Positions 41,228-55,837 of a DNA stretch of 64,000 bases are shown in pieces. The translations under genes were made by a program, and so were the position numbers. Position 1 is the stretch's first letter; each line of letters opens with the position of its first letter. The stretch comes from Chrysomallon squamiferum. Lineage: Eukaryota > Animalia > Mollusca. Where the stretch lies: NCBI GenBank assembly GCA_012295275.1, contig CM022665.1, forward strand, positions 43,152,001-43,216,000, read 5' to 3'. The notes beneath the pieces are model-generated. The model searched no databases. It had not been told where the DNA came from and saw only the letters and a list, made by a program, of their open reading frames with translations.

Positions 41228-41446
41228 TCAACACATGGATTTACCAGTCACCATGTTCTGAGCGCAGGTCAAAGGTAACTTAACCCCCCGTTCCAGCAGA
41301 TTGATCAGTTCTATGCACCCAGAACAACATGCTGCACAAGGGCTCAGTAGAACATAGAACACAGCACAGAAAAATCCAATTGGCCAGCCAAAGACGACGA
41401 GGATGATAAACCAAATGATACTCCACAGCCAACCACAGTTTGCCAT
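41228..41446 (-). CDS. Uncharacterised 72-aa hydrophobic, Cys-rich small membrane protein (paralog 2)
   Basis: ATG-to-TGA ORF with an upstream acceptor (ttttcag, ~41476-41482). Same length and motifs as 36730-36948 (WS..WF.ILV..GWP.GF, YVLLSP, CC..C, C.QNM..GKS). Confidence 0.85.
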   Translation of the reverse strand: MANCGWLWSIIWFIILVVFGWPIGFFCAVFYVLLSPCAACCSGCIELINLLERGVKLPLTCAQNMVTGKSMC

Positions 41447-42449
41447 CTTCTTAGTTTTGTTGTCTTGTCAGAGATCTGAAAATATTTCTTAAGTGTATAA
41501 AATATGTGTATGTGTAATACTTATATGTATGTACGTTTACATAAATATACATATATCTATGTTTGTATAAGAATATTGTTAATATATAAAAATACTGCAT
41601 GCAAATAATAGACATATACAGATATTAAATGTACCAACAACACCTAGTCATTAATATATTATCTTCAACAGTTTTTTCCTTATTTTTAATTTCATAATTA
41701 TTGTGTGTGTGTGTGTGTGTGTGTGTGATTAACATATATTTGTAACAATTATAAGTCATTCTAGCATTATTTAATTATGGTGAAAAAAACACAAATATGA
41801 ATGCACAGCCGCTTTCTTAATAATAATATACTCTATAAATTATAATGCGTTAATCATGGTCGATACACAAACGGATTTAGAATCTACAATTCTAAAAAAA
41901 TAATAACAAATAAAAAAAAAATTCCTCTATTTTTATAATAACGTAAAGCGTCGTCACCAAACTGTATATGAATAATAACAATGATGTATCTGTCAACCAA
42001 ATAAAATCGATTAACTAAATTGTCTGCCAACAATGAAACATCAACCAAGTGGATAAAACCGGCATATGTCCCAGCCTAGTTGTGGGCGGAAAAAAACAGA
42101 AGTGCCCTATGCATACATTTACTTTTTTTTTTTTTTTTTTAACGCAATATTTTAGTTACCTAAACTACCAGTAATGCTTTCTTTATATTAACAATCACAG
42201 AACTTCTTTTTTCTTCAAGTAGTTTGGCATTACACGAATCGGGACGATCCCGTTAAATAACCCGGAAGTAGATTCTAGTCATGTGATGCTCGGACAAAAC
42301 GTTTTAAAAATAGGAAACAGTTAAACGATTTTCACTAGTACCTTCATCCTGTTATTGCCTTTCGTTCATTGGGGTTTGGGTGGGGTTGTATTTTTTTTCT
42401 CTTTTTTTTTTTTTTTTTCTTTTAGCAAATAAATAAATATAAAAGACAG

Positions 42450-42493
<44 letters not shown>

Positions 42494-42937
42494 TTTAAAT
42501 AAACTCGTTTCTCGACAATCGTAAAATTTATGATATTGTTAAATCTTGTTATTCTGAAATATTAATTTGATTTTAAATAAAAAAATAAAGGCATTTGATT
42601 ATTATAGACACTATGTGAAAATAATGAACACTGTTTATCTAGAAATATATAAGTAAATAAATAAATAATGTTTATAATTACACTCACCTTTAAAATAAAG
42701 CCGTTTCATAATTCTTTAAAAAAAGGTTCGGTCAACAATAAAATTATTTCCAATTTATGCTTCCTCTTTTCGGAAATTTTATATTTTAAAGTTTCATATA
42801 ATTTAAATAATAAGAACATTAGTAATAACTTATCGAGATATTTTCGGTTCCTATGTGGTTATTCTTTTGTTTACGTTATTGTTCATATTTCGTCGGTTAA
42901 TATTAAATTTATTATCATTATTATTCGGTCTGTTCTG

Positions 42938-42941
<4 letters not shown>

Positions 42942-43016
<75 letters not shown>
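42942..43016. repeat. (TC)n microsatellite
   Basis: Uninterrupted TC run of about 75 bp. Confidence 0.95.
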
Positions 43017-43018
<2 letters not shown>

Positions 43019-43524
43019 GGTATATGATAAGACTTATCTAACAATCAAAATTACCAGTCTGGAATTTATTTTAAGTATGCAATTAAACAAAATAAAATAA
43101 ACTTCCGAAAAATACGTAAAACAAATATAAAACGAAACAATGAAAGGAGGGCATCAAATAACCACTGGAACACAAACCTAAGACTGTCTATGCACTAAAG
43201 TCTTCTTTTCCCAAAATGAGATTACGTTCACCGAGTGACCGTTTACGTTTATTCCGAGAATCAGAGCGTCAGTAAATTAAGAAGACAAAAGAAGAAAAAA
43301 ACGAATTTTTGAAATGTACTGTTTTTACTTTTATCACCACTAAAAATCGAGCTATTTTTGTAAAAAAAAAAAAATAATAATAAAATACAATAAAAAAAAA
43401 AAAAAAAAAAAAAAAATAAATAAATAAAAAACGAACAAAATTGAACGAAAAAAAAAATTAGCCTGGATCTTTTGGATTGTTACTAAAAATAATTACTCTT
43501 TTTTTTTTTACCTTTTTTTTGTTG

Positions 43525-43584
<60 letters not shown>

Positions 43585-43763
43585 AAGGAATATTTAGAAG
43601 AAAAAAATTAGAGAAAAAGACGACCAGTAAATACAAATATTTTAAGTAGAATACAATGGGGTTTTGGGGGTTGTTTTTAGGGTTGTTGGTTTTTGGGGTG
43701 GGGGTTTTGCATGTATAAATTTGTGTTAAAATATAAATAAATAGACATTCAATTAATTAATTA

Positions 43764-43881
<118 letters not shown>

Positions 43882-45102
43882 GGTCATGCATAAATTATAA
43901 TGAAGGACTATTCAGAAATATGTTTTTAAAAATCTACAAAATTTAGCAAAACATTCTGAATAATTTTGATGACAAACCTTTGAAAAAATAAAAATAACAA
44001 CAATAAAAACAACAAACAAATAAATAAATCTTAATCAAAAGCATTTTTCTAAATTATACAAGTCTTACATGCTTTCCATGAAGCCAACACCATCATAAAT
44101 TTTGTTTTCCTTTTCTATGGATTTTTTAAAATTAATTTAATTTTTTATTATTTTTTATTAACGAGGATGCACATTTTTTTTTTTTTTTTAATTGTCATAT
44201 TATCATACATTTTTATAATTTAATACTTCAAAAAATGTATGAACTTCCTGCTGGTATTCTAAGTTCCAAGTAGCAGTTATCCAATTAAGCATAATTAACG
44301 AATCAGAGGGATTTGCATTTGTCTTCTGCATGGCTAATCTAATCAAATTTTGGTAAATAAATCTGACAATTTTAAAAATTTATTTTCAAAATTATACAAG
44401 TTTTCCATACTTTCTTTAAAGTTACCCGCATAATCACTGTATTTTTTTCTTTTCCATGGATTACATACTAAAATACATAAAGCTGGTCATTTGTAAAATC
44501 TATATATTACTGCATTATATGTAATCAATAAAAACTGAACTAAAACTGCTTTTTGATCTAGTAATAAAAAAGTTAAATTTATCAATACTTTTGTTCTAGT
44601 AAGTAAATATTATTGAGTACATAAACATTCAAAGTAATTTTTTTTTACTGGTCACATACCTCGAAATAATTGGTAAAGCTCAATTTTACATTTCTCTGTC
44701 AAAATTATGAGAATGCAAAAATAGTGGCCTCTTTTCTTTTTCTGCAATTTTATTATTAGCCAATATTTGTTTCATTAATCTAGTAAAGCAATTATTTGGA
44801 ATTATACAAACTACATTTAGGCTATTACAACTAAAGAAGATTTTGGTGCTGTATGAAATATACTTAGCTGTATTTTAGTAAGTGGAAACAATAAATTTAA
44901 AAAAATAATTATCTGAAAATGTTTATAACTTTTTTATTTCCCACATTGTCACAAGGTATCTATAAAATATAATGTCTGATCTAATTCCATGGTTAATGTC
45001 TTTTCTTGGAGAGCAAGGGAGACAATCCCACACAGATATCAGCATTATGGTCCTGGTTAGTCAAACATTCACACAAAACAGAGAAAGATGACATTTGATG
45101 CA

Positions 45103-45273
45103 TTATATTGTCCTTATTTTCTTTTTCTCTTTATAAAGAACTTTCTGTCTCACTGGAAAAAAAATCAGAAAAAAACAAAAATTATATTTAATAATGAAAA
45201 TTAAATTTAAAAATGAGATTATTTTAAATTTCTTTTTCTAAAACTTTTATCAAAAATTTACATTTATAATATA

Positions 45274-45307
<34 letters not shown>

Positions 45308-46362
45308 CAGATATTAAAATTTTAAATATATATACATATATATATATATATACATATAATGGTCACAACTAGATTATTTTTGAAATGAGACAGTAACTGA
45401 AGTCAGTTACGTCTTTCATTGCAATGATGTCACATTGTCAGTAGATTTCATATGGTAAACAAATTCATTCAGTGGATATCATTTCCATTGGAATAGAATA
45501 AATAAAATCTTTGTATATATATATATTTTCTTTTAAACAAATCATACATTTCAGTGTGAGGCATTTTCCTCATTTGCCTCAATGTAGTTATGGCCATGTA
45601 GATATATATATTTGGTTTCTTCAGTTATGCAGAAATAAGTGGTAATACAACAGCACCTGTTATAAGTTTGTAAAAAAAGTATTTAAAAAACATTATTTGA
45701 ATGAAAATCATTTCTGGATAATGATGCTTACCATGTGGATCGAAAAAAATAAATTCCATCTTTTCTGAAAGCTTAGGTCTTGTTCTGATGAGTTTGTGAC
45801 CACTGCCTGACATACTCTCCAACAAAACCATTATTACCCTGTCACAATTATAATATACAATTTCTTAAAATGAAATGCTTAACATTCAGATAACAATTAT
45901 ATACAAAATATTTTTAAAATTAAAAGAAAGAGAATTTCTCTTAAATTCTATGCAAATTTTATGCAAATCAAAATTTCAGAAAGAGAAAATATTCACAGTT
46001 ACAAAAATCAAATATTTGTAACTCTGAAAAGTTGTTTATGTTCCTGCCATTTGGAAAGCTTCATCTGTGAATGAAAATTTACCAATAAAAATAAGAATCT
46101 GACTGGGTTGAATTGGCATTGACTGAATCTATTAAAACATTTTTGAAAATTATAAATAATTAAACAAACTAGGATAATACACATGAAGCTAATATTTATT
46201 AAAAATGTTACAAATTGAAAATAGGTGTATCAATTCAAAAGCAATGTTTATGGTCATCTCAGTCTTAAATTATTTCATGTAGTCTGCAAAGAATGTAAAA
46301 AAACAAACAAAACCAAAAAATGTTACATTTTAAGACAATACTTACTTAGATCCTTTTCCCAT
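45103..46362 (-). CDS. MRPL33: Mitochondrial ribosomal protein L33 (bL33m), 3 coding exons
   Basis: Exons 46362-46346, 45838-45732, 45152-45103 splice in frame to MGKGSKVIMVLLESMSGSGHKLIRTRPKLSEKMEFIFFDPHVRQKVLYKEKKKIRTI*. The DP.V...VL..EKKKIR ending is typical of MRPL33. An acceptor 11 nt upstream of the ATG implies a further 5' exon that I could not place. Confidence 0.9.
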
Positions 46363-46899
46363 GTTGCTATAAACTGTTACACATAATTTAGATGTAATCT
46401 GAAAAATACATATAGCAATAATAATAATAATGAATCAATAACAAAAGTTATTGCTTTAATCAGGATGTTTTGGTGTTTATTTACTTGAAATAAATAAATA
46501 AATAAATAAATAAATAAAAAATAAAATAATATAAATTATTAAAAATAAGGGAATCATTGGATTTAATAATTAAATGTACAAGTCAAAAATAATCTGTAAA
46601 TCGATTATTGTTTAGTTCCTTCAGTTAATCTAACTTTAATACTTATAGTAATGTAATGACTTAATAAGATTTAATAAATGCTGTAACAAATAACATGATA
46701 TTATAGGTGTCTTGGCATTTTTGATCTTCGAATTTCAAGATTTAACATCAATTTTTCAATTTCAGTATGCTTCGCTATATTCAAATAATCAGCTCTTATC
46801 CATTTACGAAATTAATATCAATATATTTTTCTCCTTTTATCTTTGTTTCGTACTAATTTATTTTTTAAAAGAACTATTTAAAAACAACATACGTGCTTT

Positions 46900-47223
46900 T
46901 GAAATGTGTTACAACCAGAAGCTGTTGTAATAACCTTGACCTTTATTTTCGGGACAGTTATGCAAAATTAAATACAAAGAAATGTTTTCAGGCTAATGAA
47001 AATTATTTGAGAGTTAAAAACATTTAATGTTATTATAATTAATAAATTAAAGTAATTTAATAAAGTTTATTTTATTTTATATTTGCTGCAGTACAGCAAC
47101 GGAACTAGTCGGACGCTAACGGAAACGACCGATTGCCACGTTAGCATAAACGTGCAAACCACAGGTGCTTTTGGAACAAGATTTCTATAGAAAAATATTA
47201 GTATTTGTAACTTATCATACAAA
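46900..47223. promoter_or_regulatory. Bidirectional promoter region between MRPL33 and TMED10
   Basis: Divergent ATGs ~860 bp apart; CpG-rich patch at 47095-47165 with CGGAA motifs and TGCCACGT at 47134-47141. Confidence 0.65.
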
Positions 47224-49328
47224 ATGGACTTTAATTACCTTTTATTTGTCATTTATATAATCTACTTAGCTTCAGTAGATGCAATTAGGTTTTATGTAGC
47301 TCCTAATCAAAAGAAGTGCCTTCGAGAGGAAATTCATAAAGATGTCTTAGTTACCGGTGATTACGAGTTATCGGATGCACCAGGTCACAAATCACATCTC
47401 ATTGTAAGTATACTTAAAGGGATTTATTTTATAATGGTACTATGATTGTTTTTTTTATTATTATTATTTTCAAAAATATAGATGTTTTAAAAACGTGATA
47501 TACACCCAAATACCAATCATTCAAGATTCTTTCTGTTGGCGTGAACGTTGGAATTGTCTGTTTTATCACGAGAAATGTCTCAGAATATGATAGTATATTC
47601 ATATCAGAAATTAAAAGATACTTTTTAAAAAAAAATAATAAATAATAATTAGATCATTACAAACCCAGTTAATGTTTTTTATGTATCTATATAAATAAAT
47701 ACTATTAACAAAATTGTGTATGCACTTGAACAGAAAGCAGATAGGAGCATATGTTTTCAGAAGTTAAAATTACTTTTTGAATTCTTTTTGATCATATATG
47801 AAACTAAGAATAGTAAAGAAGCAAAATATAAATATTAATATATACACTGCATTCCATACCTGCATATCATGTCTGTGAACAGTCACATTTTAAAAATAAA
47901 CTTCAAATGTCATAAATGATTGATCTCTCTGGCATAATACTGATTACTACAAATTACAATACTAGTCATAATTTCCTAACACTATGAGTTTATAAAAAGC
48001 CTGCACAATAGGTCAGACATCATCTAATATCAATATAATAATATCGTATCTGATTCTGTGCGATTTCTGTGTAAGATAAATACAAATTAAAAAATATCAC
48101 TAGACTAGTATAACTCCTCCTGTAATGGTTATACTTGGCTACAACAGTAGGATTTTTATTTTATGTACATTCACTAGTAGTCTAATACTCATTTAGTTGT
48201 CATTTGAAACAAGGGAAGCAATTCCTTAAAAAATATTATTTTTGTTTTGCAATAAAATATATTAAGACGCATATCTGACATGACGGTTCCTTAGATCATG
48301 TCACCATTTAATCTGTTTACAAATGTTTCATTTGCAGGTAACAGACACTAAAAACCACATTCTTTATTCTAAAGAAGACGCCAAAAAGGGAAGATTTGCT
48401 TTTACAACAGAAGAATATGATATGTTTGAAGTATGTGTGGAGACTAAGATGCCAGGAGGTACATTTTATATGTCGTATATCTTGTCAGTATGAATACATT
48501 TTACTAGTTAACTTGCTAAACATCATTTCCAATGATTTAATAGTTTTTGGTCATTTATCATCTGTAATTGGAAAACCCTGTAAATATGGATTGTAGTGGA
48601 TTTTTGGGGGGATTTTTTTTAAATTATTATTTTATTATTTATTTATTTATTTATATATATATATATTTTTTTTGGGGGGGGGTGCTGGGGAACTGCTAAA
48701 TAGCAAACATTACACATATATGAAAGTCAAATTATCGATCATCATTTTTTTTTTAATCATGTATATATTACCTTTTTGCACAAATGTTTTCTTCTTTCTT
48801 TCCAGGTGGTCATGGTGTAGACAGAGAAGTCTTTCTTGACTTGAAACATGGAGTTGAAGCGAAGAGCTACGAAGATGTAACATTAATTTCTTTTAATATT
48901 TAAATTATTTATTTTAAAGCTTTGTGGCATTTCATTTCTCACTGTTCTTCTTTTTTTTTTTCTCTCCATTTTCAAGAACAATAACAGACAACCAAACATT
49001 GTTATGCTTGCATATAATTGTTAATTTTATATAACCTGTTTTTATTTCTCTGTTTATTTGATTTTTACTTTGTGTTTTTCATTTGCAATTATTCCTTTCA
49101 CAGCTTGCAAAGGCAGAGAAGCTGAAACCACTTGAAGTGGAGCTGAGGCGACTGGAAGATTTGTCGAGATCCATCGTAGATGATTTTGCCTATATGAGAG
49201 CAAGAGAGGAAGAGATGAGAGATACAAATGGTAAATTTTAATACTAATTTCAATATATGCTTCACATAGATTACTCCAGGCTTAACAAAAATGATTTAGA
49301 AAAGACACAGTTAGGTTCATTCTTGTAG

Positions 49329-49365
<37 letters not shown>

Positions 49366-49368
49366 CAC

Positions 49369-49405
<37 letters not shown>

Positions 49406-50274
49406 AATTTCGGTGATTATGATTAAAGTATATTTCAAAATTTTTATAAAGTTCAACACCAGATATATATTTTGTTGTATCTGAATTTAAAAACTATAAT
49501 TTTATACAGAGTTTTTGACTTTGTTTAAACAGATCATGAAAATACTTTATATTTAATTTTCAAATTTTTTCTTCATGAACAGAATATTTTTTTAAAAGCT
49601 TTAGAATCAAGAATACAGTTGTCCAGTTGATTCAAAATGAGATTTCCGTTCCAGAAATTGTTTAAAAAATATAATTGTCTGTTTACTTTGTATTATTTAT
49701 TTTCAAATCCCTTATTTTTAACATCCCACAAATTACTTTTAAAAAATGTAGTTGTGGGTTTACTGTATAAAATTTGTTTTCAAATACCATATTACTAAAA
49801 TATATACCTCAAATTAATTTTTAAAATATAATCTTATATTTAGTGTTTGTTTTTCAGATTCCGTATTTTTTAAACAGACTTTGTATATTATAAATGCCCA
49901 TTTTTAAAAGAATATTATCTAAAGTGATTTAAAAAAAAAAAAATAGTTTTAAATTTATTTTCAGAGACCACTCACTTAAGAGTGATGTATTTCAACATGC
50001 ATTACTTTTAAAATGCGGTCATATGTTTGTTGTTTGTGTTCAGATTTCATATTTGTATTTTAAAAATACTCTCTTTTTTTCTTTTTTTTAACAATATTAT
50101 CTAATATGTGATTTTTAAAAATTTTAAAATTATTTTTAATTTTTTTCCCCAGAATCCACCCACTCAAGAGTGATGTATTTCAGCATATTCTCCATGTGTT
50201 GCTTGTTAGGCCTGGCTACCTGGCAGGTACTTTACCTCAGACGATACTTCAAAGCCAAGAAACTGATTGAGTAA
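47224..50274 (+). CDS. TMED10: p24 delta / transmembrane emp24 domain protein 10, 5 exons, complete
   Basis: Exons 47224-47403, 48338-48458, 48806-48876, 49104-49230, 50153-50274. Signal peptide, GOLD domain ([19 protein letters not shown]), [18 protein letters not shown] coiled coil, MRDTNESTHSRV, TM helix, and YFKAKKLIE* dilysine tail. Confidence 0.97.
49833..50188 (+). repeat. Diverged ~190-bp tandem duplication including the acceptor and first ~35 nt of the TMED10 last exon
   Basis: ttttcag|agaccactcacttaagagtgatgtatttcaacat (49958-49998) versus ccccag|aatccacccactcaagagtgatgtatttcagcat (50147-50186); upstream intronic sequence also aligns. Confidence 0.85.
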
Positions 50275-53200
50275 ACAGGTCATCTTGTTTGTCACCATTC
50301 GTTTACACATTACCTCAGTGGAGGGCAGACAACATACATAAAAAAAACACAACACTTTGAAACATCAAATGTGGAAACATTTTCTTTTTCCACTGTTAGA
50401 TTGTTAAAGAAGAAGGATATTTATTATTTATTTATTTATCTTTTTAAAATGTCCAAAAAAAAAAGAAGAAGAAGAAAAAAAAGGATTTTATATTTTATTT
50501 TCTGAAAATTTATAGTCATATTATTTTGTTTTGTTAGATTTGATAAAATTAATTCAAGATGAGTTTTAACTTTTTAGATTTTTTTATTTTTTTTTTTTTT
50601 TAAATATTATTATTATTAAAAATATTAAAGATGTATATCTTCTGTACAGATTTGATTTTCATAAAAATTCATTGATGGAAAGTTAAAAAAAACAACTCTT
50701 GGTGCTAATCAGTCTAATTGTATTTCATATGTTTGTTAATAACACTAAATCTGTACAAATTTTTTTTTTTTATTTTTTTGTTAAAAGACACTTGTCATAA
50801 TACTTTATTTATTATTTTTAAATGACTCAAAAATTAGAGAAACATTAAAAGTTAGAGCGCTGTATCCATATTTGGATATTCAAAGAACAAAATTAAAATT
50901 TTGAATATTGAAATCCAATTGATTTATACTGAATTATCTTATTTTTTCTTTTATCAAATTTTAAAATTAGAAACAAACAACAAGCAGAAAAAGTAAAAAA
51001 AAAAAAAAAAAAAAAAAATTGTTTGAAGGAAAATAATAAACTATTATTGAAAGATTAACCCTTGAACATAGAAGTAAGCAGAAACATGTTTTAGGATTGA
51101 AAGTATTTGTTATGAAAAACACTTCATCTTGTATATAAATTCTACATTAACAAAGATATTTTGATAACTGGACATGTGACAATGCATCTATAAATATCAC
51201 CCACATTTTGTGTGTAAAAGAGTTTAGTTACAAAACAAAAGAAGGTATTGATACCCTGTAAATATATTCTTTATTGGTATTGGTGTAAATAAATTTGATA
51301 GAAAATTATCTATTTGTTCAGCTTTGCCACTGATGTTTTTATTTTTCAGTTTTAAACTGATTATAGAAATTTTGCCAAGTTGTTTTATTTTTCCAATTTT
51401 AAAGATCATTTTAGAACACATTTCTGCCATTACAGAAAAACGTATCTTTTGACAAATTGTTTAAGCTAAATATATATAAATATATATTTTTTTTTAATGA
51501 AAATGGGACTGGATTAACATTTCTAAATATTTTGTTGTTGAAAAAAGAAAAAAGAACCCAATAACAAAGAACATTCCATACAAAATGAATGAAGAAGAAA
51601 GTTTTGTTTCTAGAAGGGGACAGAATTTGTAACAGTCAAAACTTCTTGATAAAAAAAAAAAGGGGGGGTGGGGGCAGTAGTATGTAACACATTTTGTAAC
51701 TGTTATTTACAATCTTGTAAATACAGTTACTGATGTAGTTTACTCATGTTAATGTGACAGATCTCAAATTATTTTCAGTGAATATGATATTCCATACTTT
51801 TTACATACATTAAAAATGTAACTTTTAACATTTAGAAAGATCTTTGGAATGTCAGCTTTTTCCCATTTCAAAGCACCATGAAAAGTTAAATTAGATGAGC
51901 AATTACATTGTACTTGCATAGAAACCATAATTAATAGATAGCCCAGTTAATTATCATTTGAAAATACTATTTCAAAGACTATGACTGTGTTTAGAAACTA
52001 TTTGCTGTTCGTTTTCAGTGATTTCATGTGTTAATTTAATCTTGTAAAAAAGAAAGAATATTAAAACTGATAAATAAAACAAAAAAGATTACCTTAATTT
52101 TATATTAAAAGAAATTTCTCGTGAAAATATATTTTGACGTGTATTTATTGTTAAAGGTCTGTGAAGTTTTAAGTTGTTTTCTGATACAGATTGTTTGGTT
52201 TGGGAATGTTTGTAAATGTAATTTATATCGTGTATATATATACTCAAACATAAATAATATACATTTAGGTTAAAAAAGGGATGTTAATTAACAAATAAAC
52301 AAAATTCATCTAAATTTTTTTTTTAAATTTGTGTTCATAGCATCTAATCTTAAAGGTGAATGGTGAAGTCATTTTGTCAGTTTTTATTTTTTTTTTTTTT
52401 TCTCATTTATTCTAATACTATGCAGATAATTGTTTTGTTTTCCACAGTACTTTTTAAATATTTTTCCTTTTCATTTCCATATTCCATAAAACTCTCCATC
52501 TTTGTGATTACTAGGTGTAAAGATTACTGTTCTGTGTGTGTGCATGTTGCTGTAAGATATTAGTTAAAAGAAATAAATATTGTCTACAAAACTGGTATTT
52601 TATTATTTATTTATTTTTATTTTATATCTATATATTTTATTTATTTATTTATTTATTTATTTTGTAGATACTTGATAATTTATCTTTATCAGAAGTAAAA
52701 AGATACAGTAAAATTATTAAAATTTATTTAGAAAAGTATTAGATACAAGCAACAACCAGATATGTCCACAGAACTCAGGTTTTATACATCAGTTTTATAA
52801 TTAACTTGAGAGAATGGATTTTAAATTATTTTATTTATTTTGCTCATATTAATTTAAAGAAAAATAACAGATAACTGAATTTCTGACTGTATAATATATA
52901 TATATATTTTTTTTTTTAGTATTTGTTCCTATATTATCAAGCAGAAATCCAGCAAAATCAATTTTTTATTGCTATACTGCTGAGATGTGATAACATTCTG
53001 TTTGCAGCTATGAAAAATGTAGCCACGACTGACAGAAATGCATCTAACAAAGACCAGCTGTTACAAAACTGCACATAAATAACAAGTCATGAATAGATCT
53101 ATGAACACCTCTACAAAACAAGATAATTAACATGATGTCACTAATCAGAATATATATAATAAAACCAAATAATTTTATTACATAATATTTTATCCAAACT

Positions 53201-55837
53201 TTAGTAGTATATGTGTGCATGTATAAATAAAAATAACAATGAAACAAAAGAAGACAGTATATATAGGATATTATATTTTATTTAAATAAGGCAGAGAGCA
53301 ATTAACATAAAAATACATGGATGGACTGATACAGACAATACACAAATTTAGCTACAGATATCACAGATGAAACAGGTAAAATAAAAAACCTAAATTGCTT
53401 TTTAAATTAAAAAAAACAAAACAATTAATAAAATAAATATTAGTAATATTAGTAATGCCAAAAACAAATTAGGAATGCAGATAACGTACATGAATCTATT
53501 GTTAATATAAATTTTTATTTTTATTTTTTTCTAAAGGGATAAGTTTTCACTCTGACAATGCATCCTACAGAAACTAAATACACTCCACTGAAGTCAAGTC
53601 ATTAAAATATTAATTGTTAAAAATGATTAAAACTTGAGTTACATCTATTCCAGATGTTCATTACACACCTCAGTAATTAAATAAGCAGAAAAACAAAATT
53701 CTGTTTCATGAATCCAGTTTAAGTCTTCTTTACTTTTAGTGTACATTGAACAATTTTTTTGAATTACATCTTCATAAAACTTTTAAAAATATTCAAATAT
53801 AAAATATATCTGATATAAAACATTATTACTTTTGATATACAAACTAAAACAATACAGTTCTATTGAGGCTGCGTAATGTATTATCTGAATATTATTATTT
53901 TAGCTGCAAAAATATCTGTTTAAATAAACTTCATTAGAAAATCAAAATGTTTTGATTAAACAGAGGTAGGCTGAATGCATAAAACAAAATCCCACCAAGG
54001 AATTTAAATACAGAAATCTATCTGATAATAGTCATTTAGATTATGCATATTCATCAGTATAACACTATACCATAATATATATATATATATATATTTTTTA
54101 AACTTTAACAGAAGAAAATAAAAATTTTTAAATAAATATAGAATCACATATATATATATATATATATATGGAATATCAAAATTATTTTTATTTTTTTTTT
54201 TAAATTCATTTAATTTATTTTTTAATAATACAATGTTTTTTTTGGTTTTTGGTTTTTTTTTGGGAGGAGATAAATTTAGTTAATATTTTATTAACAAATG
54301 CCTCATTTTGGAAAAAATAAAAGAAAGATTTCATACAATCAAATTATCTAGTACTTGTTGTTTTGCAATGTCTATATAAACTGCAAAATACACATGAAAT
54401 TAATATCCTTAATAAAATTTTCAAATATGTAGCAATTTCATTTTAATGGAATTGTAACTTTCAAATTAGACAGTTTGAAACAAAATTAAAATTTTAAAAT
54501 CTTTTTTAATATGAGTTATTTTTAAACCAAAACTGAGCTAAATATCTATATAATTTAAACGAAACTATTTGGCAGTGAAAACAGCTTTAATGTTATACAA
54601 AAATGAAAAAAAAAAAAAAATTTAACTTTCTTTTTAATAACAGGATTTAAGAATTCTTTTTAATCTAAGTTAATAACATATATATGTATATATACATATA
54701 TATAAAAGAAAGAAAATGAAAGAAAAAGAGAAAGAAATTTATATAATTAAAAAAAAAAAAAAAAAAAAAAAAACACAGAAGGCACTCCCCATGTCACATT
54801 ATTTCAAAGACTACAAAACAGATTTCTTACAATTAAAACCAACTGGTTTGATATGCTGGAAATTTTATAAAATTTAACACACATGCTATTATTTGGTATT
54901 CTAGCTAAGACTACAAATACAAAAATTTTATATAAACTATACATAAAACTATTTAATTATCTTCATTCAAATGAACATTAACACAAACTTAACTATTAAT
55001 TCCAACATCTCCCTAACCAATAATTTAAATGAAATAAAATAAACACATGAATTTACATTTTAACAGTCAGTATTTCTGAAATGTCAAAATAAGTACAGGA
55101 ACGTAATACAAGAAAACATATAATTTAAAAGTAATAATTGTTATAAACAAAAAAAGTAAATGAACATGTTTTATTATGATAGTGAAACAAAAAATAAACA
55201 CTTTCCTCAAAGATGGTTATGAATCATGTTGAATCAATGTTTAACATTACCATACAATAATTTATTTATTTAATAATATAATAAAGACACCATCAACTGT
55301 TTGTTGTCATTTAAATGACACTCATTTTAAATGGACCAGAAGATGAAAAAAGATTTAAAAAAAATATATATAGTAATAATATACATTTAAATAATTTTGC
55401 AGGTACCAAGTTTTAAAAAAAATCATAATAATAATAATAAAAAATCACCAAATAGTTATAATAATAAAAAATCACAAAATAGTTTTAATACTAAATACAA
55501 AATCTAATAATCTCGTTTGAATGAAATCAGTAACTAAAGATATTTTTAAAAAACAAAAAACTAGAATATCAAATTGAAATCTTTTACCTTCTTCTAAAAT
55601 AAAAAAAAAACCCTACTGAAAACAATAAACTATTGCTTTCACAAAGTACTAAAAAAATATATATATAACCATAACAAATACTATTTAATAAAATACTTTT
55701 TTTTTTTTTTTTTTTCCCTTTAAAACATTTATCAGTTAATAACGGCTATGTCAAAAAATAATTTTTAAAAAATAAAAATTTAAAAACAATTGGAAATTTT
55801 AGTCTAATTAACGTATTATGAGATTTTAAAATTTTAA

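Noticed and set aside
45390-45500. Hairpin gtaactgaagtcagttac and possible intronic snoRNA in MRPL33 intron 2
   Set aside because: No convincing C/D or H/ACA box pair in the right arrangement.
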